From assembly GCA_027923505.1 (NCBI GenBank), contig BROI01000002.1, forward strand, positions 2,046,001-2,110,000: a stretch of DNA of 64,000 nucleotides, read 5' to 3'. The DNA is from Mayamaea pseudoterrestris (Eukaryota). Position 1 is the stretch's first letter. Each line of letters starts with the position of its first letter. The position numbers and the translations under genes are program-made. Of this stretch, positions 22,763 to 32,970 are shown one piece after another. Under the pieces are notes generated by a model. The model saw nothing but the letters and a program-made list of their open reading frames with translations. It was not told the origin of the DNA and ran no database searches.

Positions 22763-23203
22763 TTAGCCCACTCTGAACGTCATTCCCCCGTTAGCTCCCT
22801 CTAGCTTCAATACTTCACCATCCAATGCGATGGAAGACGTTTCTGGAAGAGCTTTGCCAAATGCATTCTCCAATTCCACAAGTTCCTGTGGCGGCATCAT
22901 TCGGGTCGACATGATTGGACCAAACCTTACGGAATCAGTCTCTTGGCGGCTACTGGTCACCATCATGATTGCTCTCATTGAATTTCCAATTTGGATGGTA
23001 AAGTCATACGAAACTTCTTGCCTGCTATGACTAGCTTCCGACACGGCTGACACTTGCAACCGAAATTCGTGTCCGGGCGGAAGCGCAATGGATGCCTTAT
23101 TTTTGTCATACACTCCCGTTAATATATATTGACCTTCATACATGTTAGCGCCAGCTAAAAATACAGTCAGTGCAAGGGATACAAATGATAGGATGACTCT
23201 CAT
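22763..23203 (-). CDS. Secreted META-domain (HslJ/DUF306-like) protein
   Basis: Signal peptide MRVILSFVSLALTVFLAGA; the motif GPIMSTRMMPP..LVELE...LKLEG is typical of META domains. Confidence 0.7.
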   Translation of the reverse strand: MRVILSFVSLALTVFLAGANMYEGQYILTGVYDKNKASIALPPGHEFRLQVSAVSEASHSRQEVSYDFTIQIGNSMRAIMMVTSSRQETDSVRFGPIMSTRMMPPQELVELENAFGKALPETSSIALDGEVLKLEGANGGMTFRVG

Positions 23204-23402
23204 GGCGAAAGTTGACTTGTGAGGGATCAATCGTCCGTCGTCGAAAGCGCGATCAACCGATGCACGATCGAAATGAGTCATGAGAAGTCTTAGCGGTGAT
23301 GGGGCGTCACGCAGTTTGCGCAACCCATCACCCACTCGTTTCACCATGGCGGACGTCCGCTCTAAAGCAATCCGCAAGACCTAATTGTCTTTCTCAAGCT
23401 TC

Positions 23403-25847
23403 ATGAAAGGCGCTGCAAGGCCATGGCATGTGCTGATCTGGACTTTAGCTTTTCAGATATGGTGCAATAGCGCCTTCCTTCCACTCCGATTTGACATATT
23501 ACCTGGATTCATCGGTTTCAAATCAACGAAGGTTACTTTTTGCCGCCTGCAGACTACCATTTCGTCGACGGCGACTAATGTCGAAGCGCTAAATAAGTCA
23601 ATATCAAGTTTCGATAATGTGAAAGATCCGTTTCGAAGGTGTCGGGATGTTACCGCCGCTCGACGCATCATTTCTCAAACTCAAATGACAGGCAGACTTT
23701 GGCTCGACGCCATCAAGGTTTGCGTACTGGCCGGAGATCATCAAGCGGCGGAAGCGATGCTTTATCAGATTGAAAAACCAAATATTCGTCATTACACGGC
23801 ATATCTCAAAGTCTTGCTGATGGATTCGAGCAGACTGCAAGCCGGGCTTGACTTTTTAAATCACATGTCCGGCCGAGGAAACGCATCAAGTCTTCCACCA
23901 GTTGCGCCCAATCATATAACCATGCGAACCGTCCTGGGAGCATGTGAGCGCAACTATTCTGCAGCAATTCACATTATAGACAACATGAAGCAAGGCATGT
24001 ATGGAAAGGATGTTTTATTCCCAGACGAAGCCTGCTACAATTTAGCCATTGCATCTTGCCAAACACCCGAGCAAGCCAGAGAGCTTGTAATGGAAATGCG
24101 TTTGACCCGACGGCATCGCATAGGCGTTGCTGCCCCGACGGCTCGGACAATCACGCAGGCGCTTGTCATATGCCGCCGGACAAGCGACGTTGCCATGGCG
24201 CGATACTTTATCAAGCAGGCAAGTATGGATGGAATAAAACCAGATCTTTACATGTACTCCGCGGCAATCGCGACAGCAGCGAGTGCAAAGGACTCCAAGG
24301 CGGCACGGTTCTTTTGGAAGGATATGCTGGCAAAGAATCTTGCGCCCAATGTCATTACCTACAATTGCATGATTGGCGCGCACACTTCCTGCAACGATGT
24401 CAATGCAGCCATCAACCTATTTCAAAAAATGAACGAAACGCGAACGCGCACGACGTTTGGCTATATGGCCAAGGCGCTTTTCACAATTACAGATAACGTT
24501 ATGAAGATTGTCTACATCCAGATGATCACTGATACTATGACTCGGAATGATTGGAAGGCGGAAATTGGAGGTCCCGTTATTGAAGCAACCATCAACGCCT
24601 ACGGAGCTCTTGGGTGTTACACAGACGCCCGAGCCTTTTACGACAAGATTGAGGGGCCGGCCGATGCCGCATGTCTTCGAGCCATGTTATTTGCTTGCTC
24701 CACTGCTCAACCGCAACCCCAGTGGCAAGATGCTCTCGATATGCTACACTCGAGTGACATTTTGACGGGAACAAGAGGTCCAATGTACATGGATCCCATG
24801 GCAGTGAGTCATGCCATGTTGGCTTGCTCCAAGGCGGATGAGTGGGAAGTGTCGCACCGATTGTTGCGTTTGTATGGAGACCACAGAATCTCAATCTTGG
24901 CGTTAAACTCCCTCATCGGTGCTTGCGGCAGAGCTGGGAGGCCCGATATGGCGATTGAGGTGCTTAATGAAATAGAAACGGACTTCAACATCAAGCCAGA
25001 TACCTACTCGTTTCGCAGCGCCATTATTGCTTGCAACCAGGCTCAACATGATAAAGGCAGACAGGATCGAAACGAGGGCAAAACCACAGTTCAAAGCGCG
25101 GCCGACAAGGACCAGTCGTTGCAGTGGTGGGAGTGTGCGGTTTCGTTGCTTAGTCGCATGTGGGAGCAAGGACTACAACCTGACATCCAAATATTTTCTT
25201 CGGTAATTAGCGCCTGCGAAGCTGCTGGCGAATGGCAACACGCGTTGTCGATTCTGCAGTCCGTACTCGACTCGGCGGAGGGGAGCCCTCAATTCTTGAA
25301 TCTATACTGTTTCAATGCAGCGATCAGTGCCTGCGAGAAGGGCGGTGCCTGGGTAGAGGCTCTCGAGATTTATGAACGCATGAAAGCTTATGGTGGCATA
25401 AAGTTACAACCTTCCATTGTTACTATCGGTAGCCTCATTTTGGCATTTGACAAGGCAGGCCAAAAGGAGCTGGCGCAGATTGCTTACGACGAAGGTCGAG
25501 CATCGGGGGCTTTCAATCCTTGGCGAATGACAATCGGAGCAAATGGCGAACGCATAAAAGCTCTTGATTTACACCGATTTAACACTGCAATGGCTCGAAC
25601 TGCCATCCGGAGCTATTTAGAGTCTCTCCTCGCGAAAGGCAGTTCCAACGTTATCGAAGAAGATCTGGTCATTGTGGTGGGCAAAGGCAAACACAGCTCG
25701 GACGAGCCAGTGTTGGCAAGCGCTGCCTGTCGTCTGTTGAAGAACGAATACAAGATCGCACCAGCGATCGACGATAGCAATCCTGGCCGCGTCATCATCC
25801 GCTGTGACGAGCTCAACAAGTTCATCGCAAGAAAAAGCTGGAGATGA
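23403..25847 (+). CDS. PPR-SMR protein (PPR array + C-terminal Smr/MutS2 domain), predicted plastid-targeted
   Basis: Presequence ...IWCNSA-FLP; PPR motifs (PDLYMYSAAI, PNVITYNCMI, PDIQIFSSVISACE); Smr motifs LDLH...LVIVVGKGKHS...NPGRV. Confidence 0.9.
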   Translation: MKGAARPWHVLIWTLAFQIWCNSAFLPLRFDILPGFIGFKSTKVTFCRLQTTISSTATNVEALNKSISSFDNVKDPFRRCRDVTAARRIISQTQMTGRLWLDAIKVCVLAGDHQAAEAMLYQIEKPNIRHYTAYLKVLLMDSSRLQAGLDFLNHMSGRGNASSLPPVAPNHITMRTVLGACERNYSAAIHIIDNMKQGMYGKDVLFPDEACYNLAIASCQTPEQARELVMEMRLTRRHRIGVAAPTARTITQALVICRRTSDVAMARYFIKQASMDGIKPDLYMYSAAIATAASAKDSKAARFFWKDMLAKNLAPNVITYNCMIGAHTSCNDVNAAINLFQKMNETRTRTTFGYMAKALFTITDNVMKIVYIQMITDTMTRNDWKAEIGGPVIEATINAYGALGCYTDARAFYDKIEGPADAACLRAMLFACSTAQPQPQWQDALDMLHSSDILTGTRGPMYMDPMAVSHAMLACSKADEWEVSHRLLRLYGDHRISILALNSLIGACGRAGRPDMAIEVLNEIETDFNIKPDTYSFRSAIIACNQAQHDKGRQDRNEGKTTVQSAADKDQSLQWWECAVSLLSRMWEQGLQPDIQIFSSVISACEAAGEWQHALSILQSVLDSAEGSPQFLNLYCFNAAISACEKGGAWVEALEIYERMKAYGGIKLQPSIVTIGSLILAFDKAGQKELAQIAYDEGRASGAFNPWRMTIGANGERIKALDLHRFNTAMARTAIRSYLESLLAKGSSNVIEEDLVIVVGKGKHSSDEPVLASAACRLLKNEYKIAPAIDDSNPGRVIIRCDELNKFIARKSWR

Positions 25848-26253
25848 TTTTCCATGCGCCTTTTACACACTGGATATAGACCAGCACAAGGCACAAACGT
25901 GACAGGCTGATCGGTAGGTGTGCAAACAATAGTCGTTGCCTGGTAAATGTGCCAGGAAATAATGCTGACGAGCAAACGTTGGCGAAGCAAAAGCCCTAAG
26001 CGCTCATAAGTGTACCTCTATCTGGTCAGTCGGCGGCCTTGGAACATAAAAGAGATTCTGCTAACCTAGTGTGTCAACAAAATATTTAGTGTATACATCA
26101 TTCTTTCTTGTAAATTTTTTAACAGTCGTTGCCGTCGCTGGGCAACGTGCCTTGTATGTTAGCTGCGCATTCGCACCGGTACTAAAGCCTCACGACAAAA
26201 ACGAAACATCGCGCCTCCGCCGCCCCATACAACACTACATTTCACTATCAACC

Positions 26254-27135
26254 ATGGCAATCTATGGATTGCTACTATGGTTTACTTTGTATAATGCGAA
26301 AGTGTCATGCGCTTTCATCACCTCACACAGGGCGCCACTGGAAGTGAAGCCTCATGTTCCTGTCCATGCAGTGACTCCTCCGAGCAGTGCACTCGAAGAC
26401 GTGCGTGGTCGACGCGAGTTTGTCTCTTGGATATCTGGCGCTGCGGCATGTTTACTGATGCCTCTCCAATCTCGGGCGGCCGAAGATCTTGTCAATGAGG
26501 CCTCCACAACATTGTATAATCCTGATGGATCTTTGAAGCAAGACATCAGTGCAGAAGCCAAATTCAAGGCAGTACAATTTGATTGGAATCCCTCCAACGA
26601 TTACTTGGTAAATATCGATGGCCAAAACGCGCCAGGCACATCCAATGGCACCCAACTTCGACTTTCATACAAAATTCCAGAGAAATGGACGAAAAGCGCA
26701 GATTCCAACTACTACGATCCATCCGAAAATGCCAAGGCATGCGACCGCATTATTATATACCAAGCTCCCGATAACATTACTATGGATCGCTTGGAAAAGG
26801 CGTCAACGATTGGCATTGCCAAGGCTCTGGACGTGACGCAAGACTTGCAGTCGTTGTATTCATCCGATCTTGTATCCGGTCGGACCACGAAGAGAGACGG
26901 ACAAACATACTTTGAGTTTGACTGCGCCGTCGCGCCCAAAACGTGCGCCGACTCCAAGGAGGATCTTGGACTTGGCTTTTGTCCGTACGAAACAATTTAT
27001 CTTCTCTCCGCCACGCAAGTACGTGACAAGCTCTATGTGATGGCGATTGAAAGTAATAAACTGGAATGGAAGCGGGCGAATAGTGATCTGAAACGCGTCC
27101 GATCAACCTTTCGCGTCGAAGCGGTTGCATCATAA
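26254..27135 (+). CDS. PsbP-domain thylakoid lumen protein
   Basis: Signal peptide + SCA-F, then twin-arginine RREFVSWISGAAACLLMPLQSRA; C-terminus LYVMAIES...WKRANSDLKRVRSTFRV resembles PsbP domains. Confidence 0.7.
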   Translation: MAIYGLLLWFTLYNAKVSCAFITSHRAPLEVKPHVPVHAVTPPSSALEDVRGRREFVSWISGAAACLLMPLQSRAAEDLVNEASTTLYNPDGSLKQDISAEAKFKAVQFDWNPSNDYLVNIDGQNAPGTSNGTQLRLSYKIPEKWTKSADSNYYDPSENAKACDRIIIYQAPDNITMDRLEKASTIGIAKALDVTQDLQSLYSSDLVSGRTTKRDGQTYFEFDCAVAPKTCADSKEDLGLGFCPYETIYLLSATQVRDKLYVMAIESNKLEWKRANSDLKRVRSTFRVEAVAS

Positions 27136-27287
27136 GACATTATATCTGACTATTACTATTTCATGTTTACGTAATGTAGAGCAAATAATAAAATGCGTCT
27201 CGAGAGTATCCTTTTCCCGTCGTATCGGCACTCAAATTCTGTCACCCATCTTCCATCCACTCGGCCGAACAACCATGATAAAGTACC

Positions 27288-28619
27288 ATGATCCGAGCCG
27301 CTTTTCGACGCGATGTCAGCTCTCTCTGGTCATCCTTGACGCAGAATGACAGCATAAGAGCTGTACAAACTTTATGTACTTGTCTTTGTCACTCTTATGA
27401 TCTCAAAGCGGAAGAAGATATTCGATCAATCTTTCCCTTGCATGTTCGTCATCAACGCCGACCACGAGATAACGTTCTATTTTCCTGTACACCTCCTTAC
27501 CGACTGTTTTCGACGTCTTCTGCAACAAAACCAGATCCTTCCATTTCATTGATCAACTTGGTCAAGCCGTTTTTACTCAAATGTCATCCCGATGTTCACC
27601 CTGCGGCCTCATCCAAGCGCATCAATCTCCTTGCCGTCCAATCTCTCAACAGCTACATTGATACGGTCGATGCTGCCGTTAGTAACATTAACAAAGCAAC
27701 GAATCTTTCAGCATCAAAGCAACTCATTGAAATTGATTTTGTCATATCAGTTGACCCGCCGAGTGCTGCCAAATCAGCAAAACCAAGTACCAGTCGACGA
27801 AAAGTGGAGCTGACGCTGCCACCCTTTGACTCGCTGCGACAGCAATCATCAAATGTCAAGCACCGCATTCAACGGCACGCGGCAAAAGAGCTAATCAAGC
27901 TACTACGTGTCGCAGGACTAGACCCGCCGGCACTAGATTTTGATGAAATTGACGACGAAAACGATGTGAGCATTTACGAGTACTTTGGTTTCGGCAACAA
28001 CGAGTCGGCAGGCGGCAGCAGCACACGAAACAATCCACTCGGACGCCCACACTTTGATCACACGCGTCGCCCCAAGACGCGTTACGAGTTGAATCGCGAA
28101 AAGTTTACATCCAAAATCAATTGGTCCAAGTACAATGAGCTTTACAAGGAAGCCGTGGCCGACATGGAAGCCGACATTGCCACGGAAGGATCCGTCTCCA
28201 AGTACTCGCATCGTCGCCGCAGGTTGATTGCATCCATACTCGCCAATGTCACGTTAATGGAGGAGCTTGACGACATGGACCAACTCATTGCCTTTCGACG
28301 CTTGTCCCTGCTGCTCGACCAACACTTTGAGAAATTGCACATGGAAGACTTTGGTCGGTACTGGGAAACCTGCCGCATCATTCTTGGCGCGCCGCGTGGA
28401 ATCAACGTGAGTGCGTCGGCGCTGCACAAGCGAAAGATAAAGAGTGGCGGCGGCGAAGGTAGCGGGTTTAGTTTCACGCTGCACACGGATTACAGTGTGA
28501 CCATGGTGGTTCCGGTGGATTTTCGGGACGACGAATTAATTCAGGAACTGGAGGCGAATTTGTGGGATTTTTACAATATTGTTGGTGATGGACTGGATGA
28601 CATATTTGCTAGTGGATGA
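27288..28619 (+). CDS. TCAIM-like (DUF4460, J-domain-like) mitochondrial protein
   Basis: Arg/Ser-rich N-terminus; LVKPFLLKCHPDVH...KRINLLAVQSLNSYID matches the DUF4460 pattern (PF...HPD...N...L..Y). Confidence 0.6.
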   Translation: MIRAAFRRDVSSLWSSLTQNDSIRAVQTLCTCLCHSYDLKAEEDIRSIFPLHVRHQRRPRDNVLFSCTPPYRLFSTSSATKPDPSISLINLVKPFLLKCHPDVHPAASSKRINLLAVQSLNSYIDTVDAAVSNINKATNLSASKQLIEIDFVISVDPPSAAKSAKPSTSRRKVELTLPPFDSLRQQSSNVKHRIQRHAAKELIKLLRVAGLDPPALDFDEIDDENDVSIYEYFGFGNNESAGGSSTRNNPLGRPHFDHTRRPKTRYELNREKFTSKINWSKYNELYKEAVADMEADIATEGSVSKYSHRRRRLIASILANVTLMEELDDMDQLIAFRRLSLLLDQHFEKLHMEDFGRYWETCRIILGAPRGINVSASALHKRKIKSGGGEGSGFSFTLHTDYSVTMVVPVDFRDDELIQELEANLWDFYNIVGDGLDDIFASG

Positions 28620-28951
28620 ATAGGATGTAGGTTATACAGTATTACTACCGATTTGCTTTGCTGTGATGCGACTATGCAGTAGCTCGCACAATCAATCAAG
28701 GCTGTTTATGCCAGATATCAGGAAAAGCGACGCGAATCTCCACTGGGCAGCTTAATGATATACGTTTTAGTACATGTACTTATCCATTGCAACCTGGCTT
28801 GCCATGTTCGCAAGACAATGGCATCTTGGCTGCATGACGTCATGAGTAGTTGTGCGACATGCAATGCAATAAAGAAACGCCGACGTTTCACCGCTCCACA
28901 ATTCTGTTGCAACATGATGCTCATTATGAAGATCATCATCAGCAAAAGAGG

Positions 28952-30322
28952 ATGAAACTCATTGCTATCCATGCCATTGCTGCCATCTCATACTTTCATG
29001 TGTGCATGGGTTTCATGGTGATCGAGCCGAGATGCCTCGAGAGGACTCGTCTGCAAATGCAAATCCGACGGACTGCTGAGACTTCCCTTTACGCCGTTCG
29101 ACCAATGTTTTTGACTCCATTAACAGATGCTCGACGATTCGTGAGTCAAGGGATAGACGCCGTTCGTCGAGGCAATGTTCAGACGTTCCTGCGATATGCG
29201 CAAGGAGGATGTGGCCGCCCAAGTAGTACGACTATGCGCATGAATTGGAGTCGACAAGCAGAACTTGACAGCAAGAACATTTACTATAGCACTGATTGTC
29301 CTGTGCTTGCAATCAATGGTACTTTAGACAGACAGTTGGACCTTTCAAGCCCTCGAGAATGGCTGGAATACTGGCCAGACGGAGCATACACTGTCATGCG
29401 CTGCGACTTTTTTGACGATGGAATCACTGAGAAGTGGAAGATATGGGGAAGCGACTTTCATTTACAACGTCTTGGAGCATCATACGCAAGCTTCGTTCTA
29501 TATAGCGGAACAATGGCAGGATCATTAATCAATCAAAATGAGACCCTTACGGCAGTGCTGTCCACACACGAGAATCAACAATTTTGCGAACGTCTCATTC
29601 AAAACTTGCTGCGAGAGGCAGCTAACGAGTTGCTCAAACATCAAAACAAACATTTGCATCAGACTTTTATGGTCACGCTTCTCTATCATCCACTTGATCC
29701 TACTGACCGGCGAGAAAATGTCAAGATGCGAGCTCACATTTGCTCCACAGCCACTGATAATGTGCCAGCGTTGCCTGCATCCGTTCGAGTATCACTGGCA
29801 ATGAACGAGTCCCTCCCTCATCGCATGCCAAATCCCACGGCAAAGCTTTCTAGTTGGTGCCGGGAACGGCGTGCCATTGAGAATATGTACAAAGTGGATG
29901 GAGTGAACGAAGTCATCTTGACGATGCCGTCCAAGACTCATTCATCATCATCATCTCGAATACTGTTGGAAGGATTGACGAGCAACTTGTTTGTTATTCT
30001 CGAGAATGGATCGCTTCAAACGTCGCCCGACGAACTCGTGCTTGGTGGATACGCGCGCCATTTGATTCTGAAGGAAGCGCAACGGCTGGGATTGACCGTG
30101 ATCATGAAGCCTCCTCGTTTGGATGATGCTGCATCTTGGAAGGGAGTGTTCTTGACGTCGAGCATTCGACTTCTTGTTCCGGTGAATGAAATTATACTAG
30201 TGTCAAATGATGAGGTTGATCAGCCAGAAACAACGACGGTTTGGTCATTGAACACTCCGCATCCATTGTGTCGCCAACTGCTCGTTGGTATTCATGACGA
30301 CTCGCTTGGTGATTGCAGCTGA
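28952..30322 (+). CDS. PLP-dependent aminotransferase class IV family protein
   Basis: GAYT, FHLQRL, putative PLP Lys in TAKLSSW, LLEGLTSNLFVI, VLGGYAR, VFLTSSIRLLVPV; N-terminal signal-like extension. Confidence 0.8.
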   Translation: MKLIAIHAIAAISYFHVCMGFMVIEPRCLERTRLQMQIRRTAETSLYAVRPMFLTPLTDARRFVSQGIDAVRRGNVQTFLRYAQGGCGRPSSTTMRMNWSRQAELDSKNIYYSTDCPVLAINGTLDRQLDLSSPREWLEYWPDGAYTVMRCDFFDDGITEKWKIWGSDFHLQRLGASYASFVLYSGTMAGSLINQNETLTAVLSTHENQQFCERLIQNLLREAANELLKHQNKHLHQTFMVTLLYHPLDPTDRRENVKMRAHICSTATDNVPALPASVRVSLAMNESLPHRMPNPTAKLSSWCRERRAIENMYKVDGVNEVILTMPSKTHSSSSSRILLEGLTSNLFVILENGSLQTSPDELVLGGYARHLILKEAQRLGLTVIMKPPRLDDAASWKGVFLTSSIRLLVPVNEIILVSNDEVDQPETTTVWSLNTPHPLCRQLLVGIHDDSLGDCS

Positions 30323-30410
30323 ACGCTTTTGGTATTACTCTTTGTACGATTGCGACTTGCGAGAGATGTTTTGTGGCACTGCAAATGCTGTCGCAGCTCC
30401 ATGGAACGAG

Positions 30411-30507
30411 TTAATTGCTGCAAGGAAGTAACCACAACGCGATTTCGGCATTCTTGGGACGTAACGACATGGATTAATTGCTGCAAGGAAGTCACCACAA
30501 CGCGATT
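30411..30507. repeat. 34-bp direct repeat, two copies, period 63
   Basis: TTAATTGCTGCAAGGAAGT(A/C)ACCACAACGCGATT at 30411 and 30474. Confidence 0.9.
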
Positions 30508-30674
30508 CGCTTACAGGTAACACATTTCTGCTGTTTCACGATTGGAAGCAAGTATTTCTGCGTCGTCGTAATCGAAAGCAATCTTGCTACAGCCTTAACG
30601 CGTAGATAAAAGCAAACTGTGTCTATAATTACGGTCACTCATTATACTAGATGAAAGCTTAACACCCAATCTTT

Positions 30675-32036
30675 TCACACAATGCCCGGAATAAATCGGT
30701 ACGGCACAAGCTTCTTGTACTCTAACCAGTCATCACCATATTTCTCGTGACACATGTGATCGTCTCGAATGGACCGATGCACGAGCAATATCAAAAAGTA
30801 TATTGCATAAAAATACGGAACAATGCTGTCAAACCCACACACCAGGCACCACGTCAAGCCCATGAGGTAGTCGCCCGTGTAATTGATTTTGCGCGCCAAT
30901 CCCCACCAGCCCGACGTGAGCAGCTTGGTGCCTCGCTTCGTCTGCAGAAAGGATAGATGTTGAAGCGCCGCATCATTGGGGTTTCGTCGAAAGGCGTCCT
31001 TTTCGTTATTGGCACCGCGAAAGATCAGGTAACCCGCAACGTGCAAGGCGAGGATAATGGCAAGCGCCAATGGAGAAAGATGAGGATCATGCTTGACCAA
31101 ATAGCGTGCTTGCACAGAGTATGTAAATGGAACCCAAGCAAGGTCCCCAAATAACAGCATGAATCCAAAGCCGTCCGTGGTAATGTCCATGGTCGTCAAT
31201 ATTGCTCGCTCCTGATACTGCGCATCCCAAACATAAATGCCTTGAAACAGGTTCAACAAAATCATGCTCCCCGTAACGTATCCCAGCTCGTGATGCTGCT
31301 GCTTCATACATGCCACGTTGAGCAGCATCCATCCCATGAGTCCTGGTCGCAGCTCGCAAAACTGCTTCCAGTCCCAGCCTCCAATGCGAGGATTCAACTC
31401 GCGTCCAATGAAAAAGTCGTAGATTGGATTCCCCGAGTTTCCGCCATCGGCAAGAATCTTGTCTCCCGCAAAGGAGCCAAGGTACATGTAGAAACTGAGC
31501 GCTGTGCAAATGACAACGTCGCAGAGTGCAAGCTCCTGGTAGTAAGTGTAAAGTAGCTGCAACGGAAAGGCTCCCAGCTGATACATCTGGTGCTGCTCAT
31601 CCCAGTATGGCCATCCTACATGAACAGCCAGCAAGGTGACCCAGAACGCCAAGTGGCCGTTGATTCGGTAAACGAGACGAAGATTGGCATCGCCCTTGAC
31701 GGGCGTGCCTTGCACCAATTCACTCGGCAAGCATCGTTCCAACATTACTTGAAAGCAAAACCATGCGACGAGACTCGCTCCACAGCGTAGCAGTAACGTC
31801 GGACTACTCATGCAACTGGGACAAAGGATGTTTGACTCCATGACTGAAGTCCAAAATGGCTTGCTCCCATGGATCGTTTCGCGAAATATGCGTAGGTCGA
31901 CGAATCCAACGTCCGTCCAATGCGCCAGTAGCATGACAATGACTGGAAGCGCCAAGACGGTTCCCAGCGCTCCCACGGGACCTCCAAACTCATAGTGAAA
32001 CTGATTAGTCGATGCTGCATCAACAGTGGTAGGCAT
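30675..32036 (-). CDS. ERG24: Delta14-sterol reductase (ERG4/ERG24 family)
   Basis: YEFGGPVGA, SGNPIYDFFIGRELNPR, FCELRPGLMGW, TTMDITTDGFGFML, LLTSGWWGLARKINYTGD, KYGDDW.EY...VPYRFIPG. Confidence 0.93.
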   Translation of the reverse strand: MPTTVDAASTNQFHYEFGGPVGALGTVLALPVIVMLLAHWTDVGFVDLRIFRETIHGSKPFWTSVMESNILCPSCMSSPTLLLRCGASLVAWFCFQVMLERCLPSELVQGTPVKGDANLRLVYRINGHLAFWVTLLAVHVGWPYWDEQHQMYQLGAFPLQLLYTYYQELALCDVVICTALSFYMYLGSFAGDKILADGGNSGNPIYDFFIGRELNPRIGGWDWKQFCELRPGLMGWMLLNVACMKQQHHELGYVTGSMILLNLFQGIYVWDAQYQERAILTTMDITTDGFGFMLLFGDLAWVPFTYSVQARYLVKHDPHLSPLALAIILALHVAGYLIFRGANNEKDAFRRNPNDAALQHLSFLQTKRGTKLLTSGWWGLARKINYTGDYLMGLTWCLVCGFDSIVPYFYAIYFLILLVHRSIRDDHMCHEKYGDDWLEYKKLVPYRFIPGIV

Positions 32037-32141
32037 GGTGGCAAGGTGCTGCTGCCAAGCCAATGATTGCAATGATCAAGTTCGTGGTTGATCCGGATCC
32101 GGATGACGAAGGGCGCGGCGGGCGCGCGACAATTACGCCAG

Positions 32142-32268
32142 AAGGCAATAGTACGAAACGAGTGCCAGTGTCAATCACGTCATAAGGCAATAGTACGAAA
32201 CGAGTGCCAGTGTCAATTACGTCACAAAGGCAATAATACGAAACGAGTGCCAGTGTCAATTACGTCAC
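32142..32268. promoter_or_regulatory. Three tandem 42-43-bp repeats upstream of ERG24, each with a TGACGT (bZIP-type) site
   Basis: AAGGCAATA.TACGAAACGAGTGCCAGTGTCAAT.ACGTCA at 32142, 32184 and 32227, ~105-230 bp upstream of the ATG. The repeat is certain; the regulatory role is inferred. Confidence 0.6.
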
Positions 32269-32970
32269 CAGTGGGCGCGCCGTCGCGGCACAACAGAACT
32301 GCTGCGATGTGACGTTTCGATTTTGATGATCTCGACGCAACGACGAAAGCGAGGCGTGGGCACTGCCATCTGTGCATGTACCAATTACATCTTACAATAC
32401 GCTACAAAGAAGTATTATGTCGTCGGCCAAAGAAGAGACCAGGCAATGCTGCTTTAGCTTCTTGCTAGTTTGAGACGCGCAGCTTGGCCGTTAGCGTCTC
32501 ACCGTCGTGATTCTTGCAAGACCCATTGTCGCTCATTCGCAATTCCGATGACCGAGACGAAAGCAGGATTCAAGCTAATGGCGAGACGCTCGTCTGGCGT
32601 ATCATGCATTCGCTCGCAGGTTCCTTGTTCAAGAGGTTTGTTTTACCTCTAGTCATGGACCTTCCTTGAAACGATCAAGTCGAAATTCCCTTGGCGATCA
32701 ACATGTATTCAATAGCAGTTGAGGGTTCGTTGGGAGGTTGCGTTCGACAAATTTGGCCACTTGCAGGCGGCGAATCTTGGGCGGCGAGAGAAAGACTCGA
32801 AGCCTCATGTTTTTGTCGAACAAGTGAAGGAATAATGACTTATGAAGCAAGTACTCAAGATGAGCACTACACGTACTATGTTTCGAATTTGTGACAAGCG
32901 TTCCATTTGCAGACAGCATATATTCTTTTGCACACGCCCGCAGCCACCATCAAGCGAGTCGGTTGTTACC

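Noticed and set aside
25837..25885. U5 snRNA (GCCTTTTAC loop in a hairpin closed by GCTGG/CCAGC)
   Set aside because: It overlaps the PPR-SMR stop codon and lacks a downstream Sm site and the conserved internal-loop CCG. Probably chance or a 3' UTR hairpin.
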